Below are positions 10,041 through 18,625 of a stretch of 64,000 nt of DNA, piece by piece. Under the pieces are notes generated by a model. It did not search any database. It worked only from the letters and a program-made list of their open reading frames with translations, and had not been told where the DNA came from. Within the stretch, counting starts at the first letter, position 1. Every line of letters begins with the position of its first letter. Source of the DNA: Clostridia bacterium (GTDB lineage Bacteria > Bacillota > Clostridia > Christensenellales > Aristaeellaceae); NCBI GenBank assembly GCA_017524725.1, contig JAFXUZ010000029.1, forward strand, positions 41,672 to 105,671. Direction: 5' to 3'. The translations under genes were made by a program, and so were the position numbers.

Positions 10041-10071
10041 GCCGCTCCCGGCGGTGGGAGCGGCTGTTTTT
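10041..10071 (+). terminator. Rho-independent terminator
   Basis: GCCGCTCCC-ggcggt-GGGAGCGGC followed by TGTTTTT, about 35 nt after the LRR gene stop. Confidence 0.65.
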
Positions 10072-10159
10072 CACCCGCCTTTATTTGACCGTGCTGTTTT
10101 CATTGCCTCATGCATCCTTCACCTGTCCAGGGACCCGCGCCGGCCCCGGACCTCATACA

Positions 10160-10310
10160 GATCTCATTTTAAAACAGCTAATGCTGTTTTAATAGCGCCG
10201 AAGGCGCGTATGAGATCGCATGTGACGTCATGCAGCGCATTGCGCTGCATGGAGCGTGCGCAGCACGCGGCATCTCAAATTGGCTAAATCAATTTGGGAT
10301 AAGTATCAGT
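10160..10310. repeat. Multi-hairpin intergenic element, copy A (second copy at 17404-17550)
   Basis: Shares sequence blocks and hairpin architecture with 17404-17550: an identical ATAGCGCCGAAGGCGCG, CACGCGG..CTCAAATTG, and a terminal AGTATCA. Several stems differ by paired compensatory changes. The terminal TCA is the PBP1A stop codon. Confidence 0.6.
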
Positions 10311-13134
10311 ACTGCGCCGCGGCCATGGCCCGGGTCAGCTCCACCATGGCGGCGTAGAGGGTGTCGGAGGACGGGGAGCCCGAGAGGAGGGCCCCCAGAC
10401 TGTTGTAGGCGTTCACCAGGTCGTAATAACCGGGAGCGTCCTGGGCCAGTGAGCCGAGCAGCGCCGAGGCGCTGTTCATCAGCCCCCAGGCGTCGCTGAC
10501 CAGTGTGCTGTCCGCCATGGTGGCATAGGAGGCGCTGGTATGGATGCCGCAGGTCATGGTGCGGATGGCGGCGTTGTTGGCTGTGGCGTTGTCGGCGGTC
10601 ATCCTCAGGGACGCGAAGGAGCCGAGCCAGTCCTCCAGGACGCCCTCGTACCGGGTGCCGATGAACCGGTACAGGGGATGGCCGTAGGGGATCAGGATCA
10701 CGGAACGCGACTCGGTGGAGGGGCAGTAGGTGCCGGCCAGCAGATGGGAATCGGAGCAGACGGTCAGGTTCATGTGCATCTGGCAGGAGGTGGTGGGCAC
10801 GTTTTCCCGGGGCCACCAGTCGGTGACGGTGCCGTAGCCCATGGCGTCGTGCCGGCAGGCGTCGGTGGCCAGCTGGCCCGAAACGGCGCAGGTCTCCACC
10901 TTCACCAGGCCGAAATTTTCGGCGCTGCCCTCAAGGATGTCCTTGTCACTCAGGTTTTTGCGGCTGTGGACGGAGCTCATGAAGGCCTGCCACAATTTGG
11001 CGGCGGCGCTGCCGCCGGTGGTCTTGGAGGACAGGGGCTTGTAATTGTCGTGGCCGATCCATACCGAGGCGCAGTACCAGCCGGTCATACCGGTAAAAAA
11101 CACGCCGCGCTGGTCGCTGTTGGTGCCGGTCTTGCCGGCGACGGTCTGTCCCCGGATCTTCGCGTTGGTGCCGGTGCCTTTGGAGACCGCGTCCTTGAGC
11201 ATGTCCACCACCAGGAACGCCGTGGAATCCCGGAACACCTGCCGGCGTTCCTGCACCTGGTGGGCGTCGTAAATGGTGGTGCCGGCGCTGTCGGTGATGG
11301 CCAGGACGCTGATGGGCTCCTGGTATACGCCGTAATTGCCGAACACGCCGAAGGCCACCGTCATCTCCAGGGGGGTGATGCCCGAGGAGCCGAGAGTGAC
11401 GCCGAAGGGCGTTTCGGAGATGTGATCCGCGCTGACTCCCAGCGAAAGGAGGGTGTCCGCGGCGGCCGATACGCCCACGCAGTTCATCATGCACCAGGCG
11501 GCGGCGGTGTTGTCGGATTTGACCAGCGCGGTGCGCATCGTTTCGGGCCCCCGGTAGCTGGACCCGCCGTAGTTCTGGGGCCAGGTATCCCGGCCGGACG
11601 AATCGGTCCAGCCGGTGATGGGCAGCTCCATGTTGTAGAGTATCGTGCCGGCGCCGGCGCCGTTCTCGATGGCCGGGGCGTAGACGGCGATGGGCTTGAT
11701 CGCGGAACCCACGGGCATGTTCATGTCGGTGGCTCGGTTGAGGGTCTTGCGCTGGGTGGGGCGGACCCGGCTGCCCACGATGGCCTTGATCTCCCCGGTG
11801 CGGTAGTCGAGCACCACCGCCGCGGCCTGGGGCTGGGGGACCTCCTCATAGGTGCCGTCCGAATTCCTAGCCCGGTAGACGCCGTCCTCGGGATCCCGGG
11901 TCCCGGGCCAGTCGGTCCAGGAGTACAGCGTTTCCTCCACCGTGTTCTGGATCTCGGGGTCGATGGCAAGGTAGATGCGGTAGCCGCCGGTCCTCAGGTC
12001 CTGCTCCATCCGGGCCCGGTTGGCGGAGGTGTTCTGAAGGCCGTTCAGTTCCAGAAGCACCCGGACGGCTTCCTTTACGGCGTATTCCACGTAATGCGGA
12101 TAGGAATACAGCTGCGTGCTCTCCGGGCTTTTTTCAAGCACGCCGGCGGCGGCGGGGGAAAGGGCGGCGGTGTATTCGTCATGGGTGATGAACTGGTTTT
12201 CGTACATGCACCTGAGCACGTAATCCGTTCGGTCGTTGGTGATGGCGGCGTAGTCCACGGTGTCGGACTGCCGGGTGTAGAAATTGCGCCGGGGGTTGTA
12301 ATAGTAAGGGCTGTTGCAGATCCCCGCCAGCATCGCGCATTCCCTGAGCGTCAGGTCGTTCAAGTCGTTTTTGCCGAAATAGCCGTAGGCGGCGGTCTGC
12401 ACGCCGTAATAATCCTCGCCCATATAGATGGTGTTCAGGTAGCACTCCAGGATCTGGTCCTTGGTGTAGCGCTGCTCCAGCTGCATGGCGAGGTAAGCCT
12501 CCTGGATCTTGCGCTTGTAGCTCTGCTCGCTGGACAGGAGGGTGTTTTTGATCAGCTGCTGGGTGATGGTGGAGCCGCCCTGGCGGGAGCCGGTGATGGA
12601 ATTGGCGATGAAGGAGCCGACGATGCGCTTGATGTCGATGCCGTTATGGGTGTAGAAACGGGCGTCCTCCACCGCCACGAAGGCATGCTGGAGGTACCGG
12701 GGCATCGACGAAATGGACACCATCACCCGGTTTTCGGTGCCGTGGTATTCGGCGATCAGGTTGCCGGAGGCGTCATAAATGAAGGAGGTCTGGGCCTGGT
12801 CGTCGATGGCGGCCAGGTCCAGGTCCGGCGCGGTGTCCACATAGGCGCGGGCGATGCCCACCACCGCCCCGATGCCGGAAAGCATCAGAGCCAGCACCAG
12901 CACCGCCAGGGTGCGGAAGGTGTTGACGATTACCGCAAGCACAAAGGAAGGCCTGCGGGGCGTGCTTTTGAAAATGCTCCGCCGGGAGGGCTCCTTCTTC
13001 TCCTCCTCCTCCCATGCGCCGCCGCCCCAGGCGTCGTCCGGGAAAAGCGCTTCTGGAAGATCGCCGGCGCGCTTATCCTCCGCCGCGCCGTCCTCCGGCA
13101 CGGGGAAAGCGCCTGTATCGCGGTCCCGTATCAT
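10306..13134 (-). CDS. Class A penicillin-binding protein (PBP1A-type transglycosylase/transpeptidase)
   Basis: N-terminal TM helix. GT51 motifs EDARFYTHNGID and GGSTITQQL. Transpeptidase motifs SAIKP (SxxK), SDN and KTGT. About 200-aa C-terminal extension. Confidence 0.9.
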   Translation of the reverse strand: MIRDRDTGAFPVPEDGAAEDKRAGDLPEALFPDDAWGGGAWEEEEKKEPSRRSIFKSTPRRPSFVLAVIVNTFRTLAVLVLALMLSGIGAVVGIARAYVDTAPDLDLAAIDDQAQTSFIYDASGNLIAEYHGTENRVMVSISSMPRYLQHAFVAVEDARFYTHNGIDIKRIVGSFIANSITGSRQGGSTITQQLIKNTLLSSEQSYKRKIQEAYLAMQLEQRYTKDQILECYLNTIYMGEDYYGVQTAAYGYFGKNDLNDLTLRECAMLAGICNSPYYYNPRRNFYTRQSDTVDYAAITNDRTDYVLRCMYENQFITHDEYTAALSPAAAGVLEKSPESTQLYSYPHYVEYAVKEAVRVLLELNGLQNTSANRARMEQDLRTGGYRIYLAIDPEIQNTVEETLYSWTDWPGTRDPEDGVYRARNSDGTYEEVPQPQAAAVVLDYRTGEIKAIVGSRVRPTQRKTLNRATDMNMPVGSAIKPIAVYAPAIENGAGAGTILYNMELPITGWTDSSGRDTWPQNYGGSSYRGPETMRTALVKSDNTAAAWCMMNCVGVSAAADTLLSLGVSADHISETPFGVTLGSSGITPLEMTVAFGVFGNYGVYQEPISVLAITDSAGTTIYDAHQVQERRQVFRDSTAFLVVDMLKDAVSKGTGTNAKIRGQTVAGKTGTNSDQRGVFFTGMTGWYCASVWIGHDNYKPLSSKTTGGSAAAKLWQAFMSSVHSRKNLSDKDILEGSAENFGLVKVETCAVSGQLATDACRHDAMGYGTVTDWWPRENVPTTSCQMHMNLTVCSDSHLLAGTYCPSTESRSVILIPYGHPLYRFIGTRYEGVLEDWLGSFASLRMTADNATANNAAIRTMTCGIHTSASYATMADSTLVSDAWGLMNSASALLGSLAQDAPGYYDLVNAYNSLGALLSGSPSSDTLYAAMVELTRAMAAAQY

Positions 13135-13428
13135 CCGTGTTCGTCCTTTCCGTGCGGCCGCGTCCGTATTAATGCGGCCCTGACCGATTATAACATAACG
13201 CGGCTATAAATCATACCTGTAATATGTAAACGTTTTTGCGCCCGCGGAAAGCCTTTTGTTGCAAAGCGCGCCGTATTGTGCTAAAATAAACAGAATAAAC
13301 GCGCTTGTAAATTAAGAAACTTTGACAAATACCCGATTTGGCTTGACAGACGCGCTTTCCTGTTTTAACATTAAATTTGGATTTGTGTTATTCCGACGGC
13401 TCTGCGCCGCCGGAAGGAGGGACGGACG

Positions 13429-15396
13429 ATGGAAACTTCCCGGAAAAAGGGGTTTGCGGCACTTCTTCTTGCCGTACTGATGACAGTAATCAGCGCGATG
13501 AGCGTCCTTGCCGCCGCCGAGTGGCTGGATCCCATCGCGTTCACTATGGAAGCGACCGGGACCGAAATGACGGGTCCCGGGGAGATCGGTATCCAGGTGC
13601 GCGTTACCAATACCACGGGAGAGGATATGACCGATCCCGTGACGCTTTATGACCCCTCCGGAAATGTAGTGACGGCGTTCGGCGACAGCGGCTCGAAGAT
13701 CCTCAAGGCGGAGCAGCCCTATTCCTGGAGCGGCACCTACAGCGTATCCCAGGAGGAACTGGAAAAAGGCAGGCTTACTTTTTCCGTCCTCTGCCATATG
13801 ACGGACGCCGACGGCACCGTGCGTGAATTTTCCCAGCAGGCCGACATCCTTCTGACCTACGCGGGCGAGCATGCCCGCCTGGGCGTGTACCGGACCGTGA
13901 CGCCGGAAGTCTGCCGCCAGGGCAAACAGGTCAGCGTCACCTATGAACTGGTGAACGCCGGCAACGTGGAGCTGACCGGCATCAAGGTGGCCGAAAAGCT
14001 CAACGGCCGCAGCCAGACCGTGGACCACCTGTCCCCCGGAGGCAGCCAGAAGGTCACCTTTACCGCCAACATGGGCGCAAACGACATGACCTGCGGCGCG
14101 ACGATCACCTATAAGGTAACCGGCGAAAGCGGCCTCAAGACCGAGACCGTCCCGGAACTTGTGATCCCGCTGGCCCGTCCCGGCCTGCAGATGACCCTGG
14201 AGGCCGTGGAGAGCGGCATCAATATCGGCGAGACCGCCACGCTGAAGCTGATCTTCGTCAACAACGGCAATATCACCTATAACGGCGTGACCGTGCGGGA
14301 CGAAAAGCGCGGCGAGGTCATGACCGGCCTGGAGATCCCGGCCGAGACCACGGTGGAGTTCACCAGGGAATTCGTGCTGACCGAGCCCTCTACCTTCAAG
14401 TTCACCGCCCTTTTGCCGGACAATACCGGCGAGACCAGGGAGATGACCTCCCAGCCGGTCAGCGTCCAGGTGTTCGACCCGGACAATGACCTGATCCTTA
14501 CCCTGGACCTTTCCAGCGACACCACCACGGTGTATGAGTTCCCGGCGGTGCTGCGCTTTACCCTGAACGTGACCAACAACGGCGACAGCGCGGTCAAGAA
14601 CGTCAAGATCACCCACGGCTCGGTGAATATCCGGGAGATCGGCCTGCTGGAAGCGGGCCAGACCGCAAAGATCGAGTGCGACGTGGAGATCAAGCAGGAA
14701 GGCCAGTTCCGCTTCACCGCGTCGGCCAGGGACAACCTGAACAACAACCGCACCTTCCAGTCCAACGTGATCCGTGTCAGCTTTACCGCGCCCACCGTCA
14801 GGCCCACCGACGTGCCGGTGCCCACGGTCGCCCCGTTGGTGACCGAACGGCCGGTGACCGACGCTGATATGGACCCGATGGTCGTCAAGGGCAGGAACGT
14901 TACCCGCCTGTTGGCCTATGTCTTTGCCGGGCTTCTTGCCGCTGCGCTGGTCCTCCTGATGGTGGCCGGCATCATGCGCAGGCACACAAAGAAGCGCAGC
15001 GAAAACGCCTATGACCACCTGGACCTGGCTGCCCGCAGGGATTACGGCAGGGATCCGGACGAGGCGGACGACGACGAGGACGAAGGGGACGACAGCCCCG
15101 ACCGGGCCCCGACGGCCTCCGCGGAGCGTGAAGAGGTGACCGAAGAGGATGTGAAGCGCCCGGTGTCGGTGCGCGCCATTCCCAACGATCCCCTGGACGA
15201 CGGCGCTCCGGAGCCCGAAGTCGCGCCTGAGGACGCAGACCGTGCCGCGCAGAAAATGGACGAGGCCGAACGCGTCATCCAGGACGACGACAGCACCTTT
15301 CGAGTCAGCCGCCGCTCGGCCGCTGACGCTGCGCCCCAGGCATCCCACCGCAGGGCCGCGCGCAGGCGCCAGAACGTGCAGGACGATGACGAATAA
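13429..15396 (+). CDS. Type I membrane surface protein with repeated Ig-like (CARDB/DUF11-like) domains and an acidic cytoplasmic tail
   Basis: Signal peptide, then about four ~100-aa beta-rich repeats (patterns like VxVTNxGxxxxxxVxV). One TM helix (LLAYVFAGLLAAALVLLMVAGIM), then a D/E-rich low-complexity tail. Confidence 0.55.
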   Translation: METSRKKGFAALLLAVLMTVISAMSVLAAAEWLDPIAFTMEATGTEMTGPGEIGIQVRVTNTTGEDMTDPVTLYDPSGNVVTAFGDSGSKILKAEQPYSWSGTYSVSQEELEKGRLTFSVLCHMTDADGTVREFSQQADILLTYAGEHARLGVYRTVTPEVCRQGKQVSVTYELVNAGNVELTGIKVAEKLNGRSQTVDHLSPGGSQKVTFTANMGANDMTCGATITYKVTGESGLKTETVPELVIPLARPGLQMTLEAVESGINIGETATLKLIFVNNGNITYNGVTVRDEKRGEVMTGLEIPAETTVEFTREFVLTEPSTFKFTALLPDNTGETREMTSQPVSVQVFDPDNDLILTLDLSSDTTTVYEFPAVLRFTLNVTNNGDSAVKNVKITHGSVNIREIGLLEAGQTAKIECDVEIKQEGQFRFTASARDNLNNNRTFQSNVIRVSFTAPTVRPTDVPVPTVAPLVTERPVTDADMDPMVVKGRNVTRLLAYVFAGLLAAALVLLMVAGIMRRHTKKRSENAYDHLDLAARRDYGRDPDEADDDEDEGDDSPDRAPTASAEREEVTEEDVKRPVSVRAIPNDPLDDGAPEPEVAPEDADRAAQKMDEAERVIQDDDSTFRVSRRSAADAAPQASHRRAARRRQNVQDDDE

Positions 15397-15417
15397 ACGA
15401 ATAAGGCATAATAATTC

Positions 15418-15451
15418 CGGGCTGTGATATGCTTCACAGCCCGTTTTTTTT
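15418..15451 (+). terminator. Rho-independent terminator
   Basis: CGGGCTGTGA-tatgct-TCACAGCCCG followed by T8. Confidence 0.75.
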
Positions 15452-15674
15452 GCGCGCCTCCTGCTTCGATCGGACAGGGATACCGGTATAAGGCAGGAAC
15501 GGTGGAAACGGGCGGGCGGCTTATCCCGACAGGAGAGCCGAATTCAGAGAGAAGGCGTACTCTCGTGATGCCTGAGCGCCGGTGAAGGCAAAAACCTTCG
15601 GTCGGCTGCCGGCCCTTATATAGCCTTCAGGGGTTTATGTCCGTTCCGCCTATTTTTATGCCGTGTGCCGAATT

Positions 15675-16862
15675 TTATTCGGTTTTGCTGCCGCCTTTTT
15701 CCTTCGCGGAACCCGCGCCGGCGTTTTCATTCCCTGTTTTCCCGCTGATGATCCCGTGCTTTTTTTCTAGCATCGGAAGGAACATGGTGGTGTAGGCAAA
15801 ATCGATGATCGCCACGGCCGGGACGGCCAGCAGGATGCCGATGACGCCGAACATGTTGCCGCCGGCGATGACGCCGACCATGATCAGAAGGCCCGACACG
15901 CCCAGGGAATTGCCGAACAGGCGGGGCTTGATCACATAGGCGTCGAGGGTCTGCAGGACGAGGGTGAAGATCAGGAAAATCAGCGCGTGGGTCGGATTGA
16001 CCATCAGCAGGATGAACACCGCGATGACCGCGCCGATCATCGGGCCGAAGGTGGGGATCAGGTTGGTGACCGCCGCCACAAAGGAGATCAGGCCCACGTA
16101 CTGCATGCCGCAGATGGTCATGAACGCGGCGTTGACGCCGCCGATTATCAGGCTGTCGATCAGGTTGTAGACGATGTAGCGGTTGCAGATCTTGTCGCAC
16201 TTGCGGAGGAAAACGTGTACCTCTTCGTAGCGTTCCTCCCCGAAGACGGCCCTCAAAAGCCGCTGCATGCCCATCTTCAGCCGTGGCTTTTCGGTGAGCA
16301 GGTAAATGGACAGGATGAAGGCGATCACCCAGCGGAATACGACCATGCCTACGTTGACGGAGGTGTTAAGGACGGTCTGGCTGTTTTCCTTAATGTATTT
16401 GGATATCGTGTCAAGGACGCTTTCCGTGGAGTCGATGATGCTGGACAGGTCGAACATGCTCTTGGTGACGCCCAGGTTTTCCAGCATGTTATTGACCGAC
16501 GCGATGTATCCGTCCAAGTTGCCGACAAAGGTGGAGATGCTGGAGATCAATTGGGGGACCAGGATGAGGCCGGTGAAAAAGATGAACAGGACCACCACGA
16601 AGAAGGCCAGCCCGTTGGAAAGCAGCCGCCGGGTCCCGTCTTTTTTGATCCGCCCGAACACCCTTGACAACAGTCCGGCAAGGGGATTGACGATATAGGC
16701 GATGACGCAGCCCAGGATGACGGGACTGAAATACCCGAAAAAGGTATTGATGCCGGCCCGGATCGATGAAAAGTCCGCCAGGAAAAAGTATAAAAGAACG
16801 CCGATGCAGATCGCCACCGCGAGCGGATACCACGGGGCATTGCGGATCTTTCCAGTTTTCAT
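15675..16862 (-). CDS. AI-2E family transporter (PerM/UPF0118)
   Basis: Started at MKTGKIRNAPWYP (GGGAGG 8 nt upstream) rather than the ORF-track start at 16898. Eight or so TM segments and a conserved C-terminal half (LIPTFGPMIGAV...LLAVPAVAII) typical of the family. Confidence 0.8.
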   Translation of the reverse strand: MKTGKIRNAPWYPLAVAICIGVLLYFFLADFSSIRAGINTFFGYFSPVILGCVIAYIVNPLAGLLSRVFGRIKKDGTRRLLSNGLAFFVVVLFIFFTGLILVPQLISSISTFVGNLDGYIASVNNMLENLGVTKSMFDLSSIIDSTESVLDTISKYIKENSQTVLNTSVNVGMVVFRWVIAFILSIYLLTEKPRLKMGMQRLLRAVFGEERYEEVHVFLRKCDKICNRYIVYNLIDSLIIGGVNAAFMTICGMQYVGLISFVAAVTNLIPTFGPMIGAVIAVFILLMVNPTHALIFLIFTLVLQTLDAYVIKPRLFGNSLGVSGLLIMVGVIAGGNMFGVIGILLAVPAVAIIDFAYTTMFLPMLEKKHGIISGKTGNENAGAGSAKEKGGSKTE

Positions 16863-17078
16863 GGAACTTGCCTCCCATGCGGAATAATCATGGTGCACCA
16901 GGTTGGATAAGTATTTCCCGTGGATACAATATTAATGCTTTTTGCCCCGGATGTCAAAGGGCTTCATGGGCGAAAAGACCGGGACTTCGAAAAATGTTGA
17001 ATAAAAAGGCGAGCAATAAAAGGCGCGAAAAAAACGCGAAAAAGCATCGGAAAAAAACTGAAAAAAAGAAGAAAAAGG

Positions 17079-17107
17079 TTGACAACGGCGCGCGGCGGGT
17101 GTATAAT
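17079..17107 (+). promoter_or_regulatory. Consensus sigma-70 promoter for the tRNA pair (TTGACA-17-TATAAT)
   Basis: TTGACA at 17079-17084, exactly 17 nt, TATAAT at 17102-17107, preceded by an A-rich UP-like tract. The tRNA starts about 40 nt downstream. Confidence 0.75.
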
Positions 17108-17148
17108 CTTTTCTGCAGTCAGCGAGCTGGCTGGTCAGAAACAGGCGT

Positions 17149-17222
17149 TGGGGAATGGTGTAACGGCAGCACCTACGACTCTGACTCGTATTGTCTAGGT
17201 TCAAATCCTAGTTCCCCAGCCA
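17149..17222 (+). tRNA. tRNA-Gln (anticodon CTG)
   Basis: Hand-folded cloverleaf. Acceptor TGGGGAA/TTCCCCA, anticodon stem TACGA/TCGTA with loop CTCTGAC, T-arm CTAGG-TTCAAAT-CCTAG, encoded GCCA tail. Confidence 0.9.
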
Positions 17223-17226
17223 TTTT

Positions 17227-17302
17227 GCCTCCATTGTCTAGTGGCCTAGGACACCGCCCTCTCAAGGCGGAAACATGGGTTCGAATCCCATTGGAGGTGC
17301 CA
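17227..17302 (+). tRNA. tRNA-Glu (anticodon CTC)
   Basis: Acceptor GCCTCCA/TGGAGGT (G1-U72 wobble), D-arm GTCT..GGAC, anticodon stem CCGCC/GGCGG with loop CTCTCAA, T-arm ATGGG-TTCGAAT-CCCAT, encoded CCA. Confidence 0.85.
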
Positions 17303-17305
17303 GCG

Positions 17306-17330
17306 CCCGTTCCGCGTGGACGGGTTTTTT
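17306..17330 (+). terminator. Rho-independent terminator after the tRNA pair
   Basis: CCCGTCC-gcgt-GGACGGG followed by T6. A second hairpin with a T-run (GCCCTTGAAGGGC T7) follows at about 17341-17360. Confidence 0.65.
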
Positions 17331-17403
17331 GTTTGGCGGAGCCCTTGAAGGGCTTTTTTTATTGCCTGCGAAGCGGCAAAAAAACAGCCGCGAAAGCGGG
17401 AGG

Positions 17404-17550
17404 TCATACTGATCCTGTTTAAAAAGGCTAAATGCCTTTTTATAGCGCCGAAGGCGCGTTCAGGATCGGACGGCATGACGCGCTTTGCGCGGCAGAGATA
17501 AGCGTAGCACGCGGATACTCAAATTGATTATTTCAATTTGAATAGTATCA
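17404..17550. repeat. Multi-hairpin intergenic element, copy B (see 10160-10310)
   Basis: Same block order and orientation as copy A. Lies between the tRNA terminators and the 3' end of the minus-strand HAD gene. Confidence 0.6.
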
Positions 17551-17623
17551 CTTTTCGCGGCTGGCGGTAATCTGCAACCCGTTTCGGTACGGTTTCGGCA
17601 AGGCGCCGGAAAGCCGCGTCCCT

Positions 17624-18283
17624 TTATTCCGCCTCCCCGTCCCGGAGCAGGGTGAACAGCTCCGTAAGGTTTGCCGCGGTCCGGGCGCCGGCGGCACGGA
17701 GGCGGGGGGCGGACTGGTGCCCGTTTTCCACCAGGATGCAGCCGCAGCCCAGGGCCCGGGCAACCTCCAGGTCGTGGAGGGTATCGCCCACCAGCAGGGT
17801 CCTTTCCGGGTCCGCGCCGGTATCGGCCATCCATTTCAGGGCAATGTCCTTTTTGCTGCCGGCGTAGATGTCCCCCAGCCCCCGGGGCGGATCGAAATGG
17901 GCGAACTGGGGACGGGAGGCAAGCTGCAAAAGCAGATTTTCCAGCTTGGATGCGGACACGATCACCTGTCGGATCCCCAGCTGCCTGATCTTTTCGGTGA
18001 CTTCCGCAGCGTCTAAGTGCAGCGGGATGGTTTTCTCGTTTTTCATGTAGGCGTCCATCCAGATGACGGCGACCTCGGGAAAGATCTGCCTGTCAAAGCC
18101 CAGATGACCGTAATAATCGATCACCGGGAAGCCGAAACGCTCCCGGTAGTTTTCCAGGGTCTCCATCGGCTTCAGGCGGAAGATCCGTAAAAGCCGGTCC
18201 GTCAGGTCCAGGCAGTAGGCGGCGTCATCCAGAAGCGTGCCGTTCCAGTCCCAGATGATGTGGGTGATGTCCTTGAAAGCCAT
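17624..18283 (-). CDS. HAD-superfamily hydrolase (phosphoglycolate-phosphatase-like)
   Basis: Trimmed from ORF 17624..18610 to MAFKDITHIIWDWNGTLLDD (GGAGGAG RBS). HAD motif I variant DWNGT, plus VSAS, GDIYAGSKKD and VGDTLHD motifs. Confidence 0.75.
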   Translation of the reverse strand: MAFKDITHIIWDWNGTLLDDAAYCLDLTDRLLRIFRLKPMETLENYRERFGFPVIDYYGHLGFDRQIFPEVAVIWMDAYMKNEKTIPLHLDAAEVTEKIRQLGIRQVIVSASKLENLLLQLASRPQFAHFDPPRGLGDIYAGSKKDIALKWMADTGADPERTLLVGDTLHDLEVARALGCGCILVENGHQSAPRLRAAGARTAANLTELFTLLRDGEAE

Positions 18284-18590
18284 TGGTCTTCTCCTCCCGG
18301 GCCGCGTCCCTTGGGGGACGGCACCGGCTGAATTCCGTTCGGGTCCGGGGCCTGAAGCAAACCCGGATCGGGATATGCGGCATGGCGGCATGCGAAAAAA
18401 GCATGCCGGGCGGCCCCTGCCCTGACCAGAATAGCACAGAACCGGGAAAAAGGCCAGAGGGGATCGGGTGTTCGGATGCCCTTCCGTACGGCCGCACCGC
18501 AGGGAGGGGACAGGATTTCCCGACGGAGGCGACGGGGACGCCCGTCCGTGGCGTGCGGCCGGTGCCGGCGCCGGATCACAGAAAAACCGC

Positions 18591-18619
18591 TTGCCTTTCT
18601 CCCCAAACAATGGTATACT
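18591..18619 (+). promoter_or_regulatory. Promoter candidate for the T-box leader (TTGCCT-17-TATACT with TGn extension)
   Basis: TTGCCT at 18591-18596, 17-nt spacer ending TGG, TATACT at 18614-18619. Confidence 0.5.
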
Positions 18620-18625
18620 TTTTTC

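Noticed and set aside
7597-10074. 825-aa minus-strand ORF opposite the LRR protein gene
   Set aside because: It mirrors the repeat structure of the plus-strand LRR gene (repeated DAGHAVRDGD units). It has no signal or domain logic and overlaps a gene with a good RBS and signal peptide, so it is a shadow ORF.
10540-13209. 889-aa plus-strand ORF opposite the PBP1A gene
   Set aside because: Antisense to a gene carrying all class A PBP motifs. Its composition (G/A/V/H/D-rich) is typical of GC-rich antisense frames.
13312-15348. 678-aa minus-strand ORF opposite the Ig-repeat surface protein gene
   Set aside because: The plus-strand frame has a signal peptide, repeated beta-domain pattern, TM helix and RBS. 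The antisense product is featureless and Gly/Arg/His-rich.
15525-15605. Glycine-riboswitch-like strings (GGAGAG ... GCGCCGGTGAAGGCAAAAACC)
   Set aside because: The order and spacing of the conserved blocks do not match the glycine aptamer consensus. There is also no downstream gene on either strand to regulate, because the gap is convergent.
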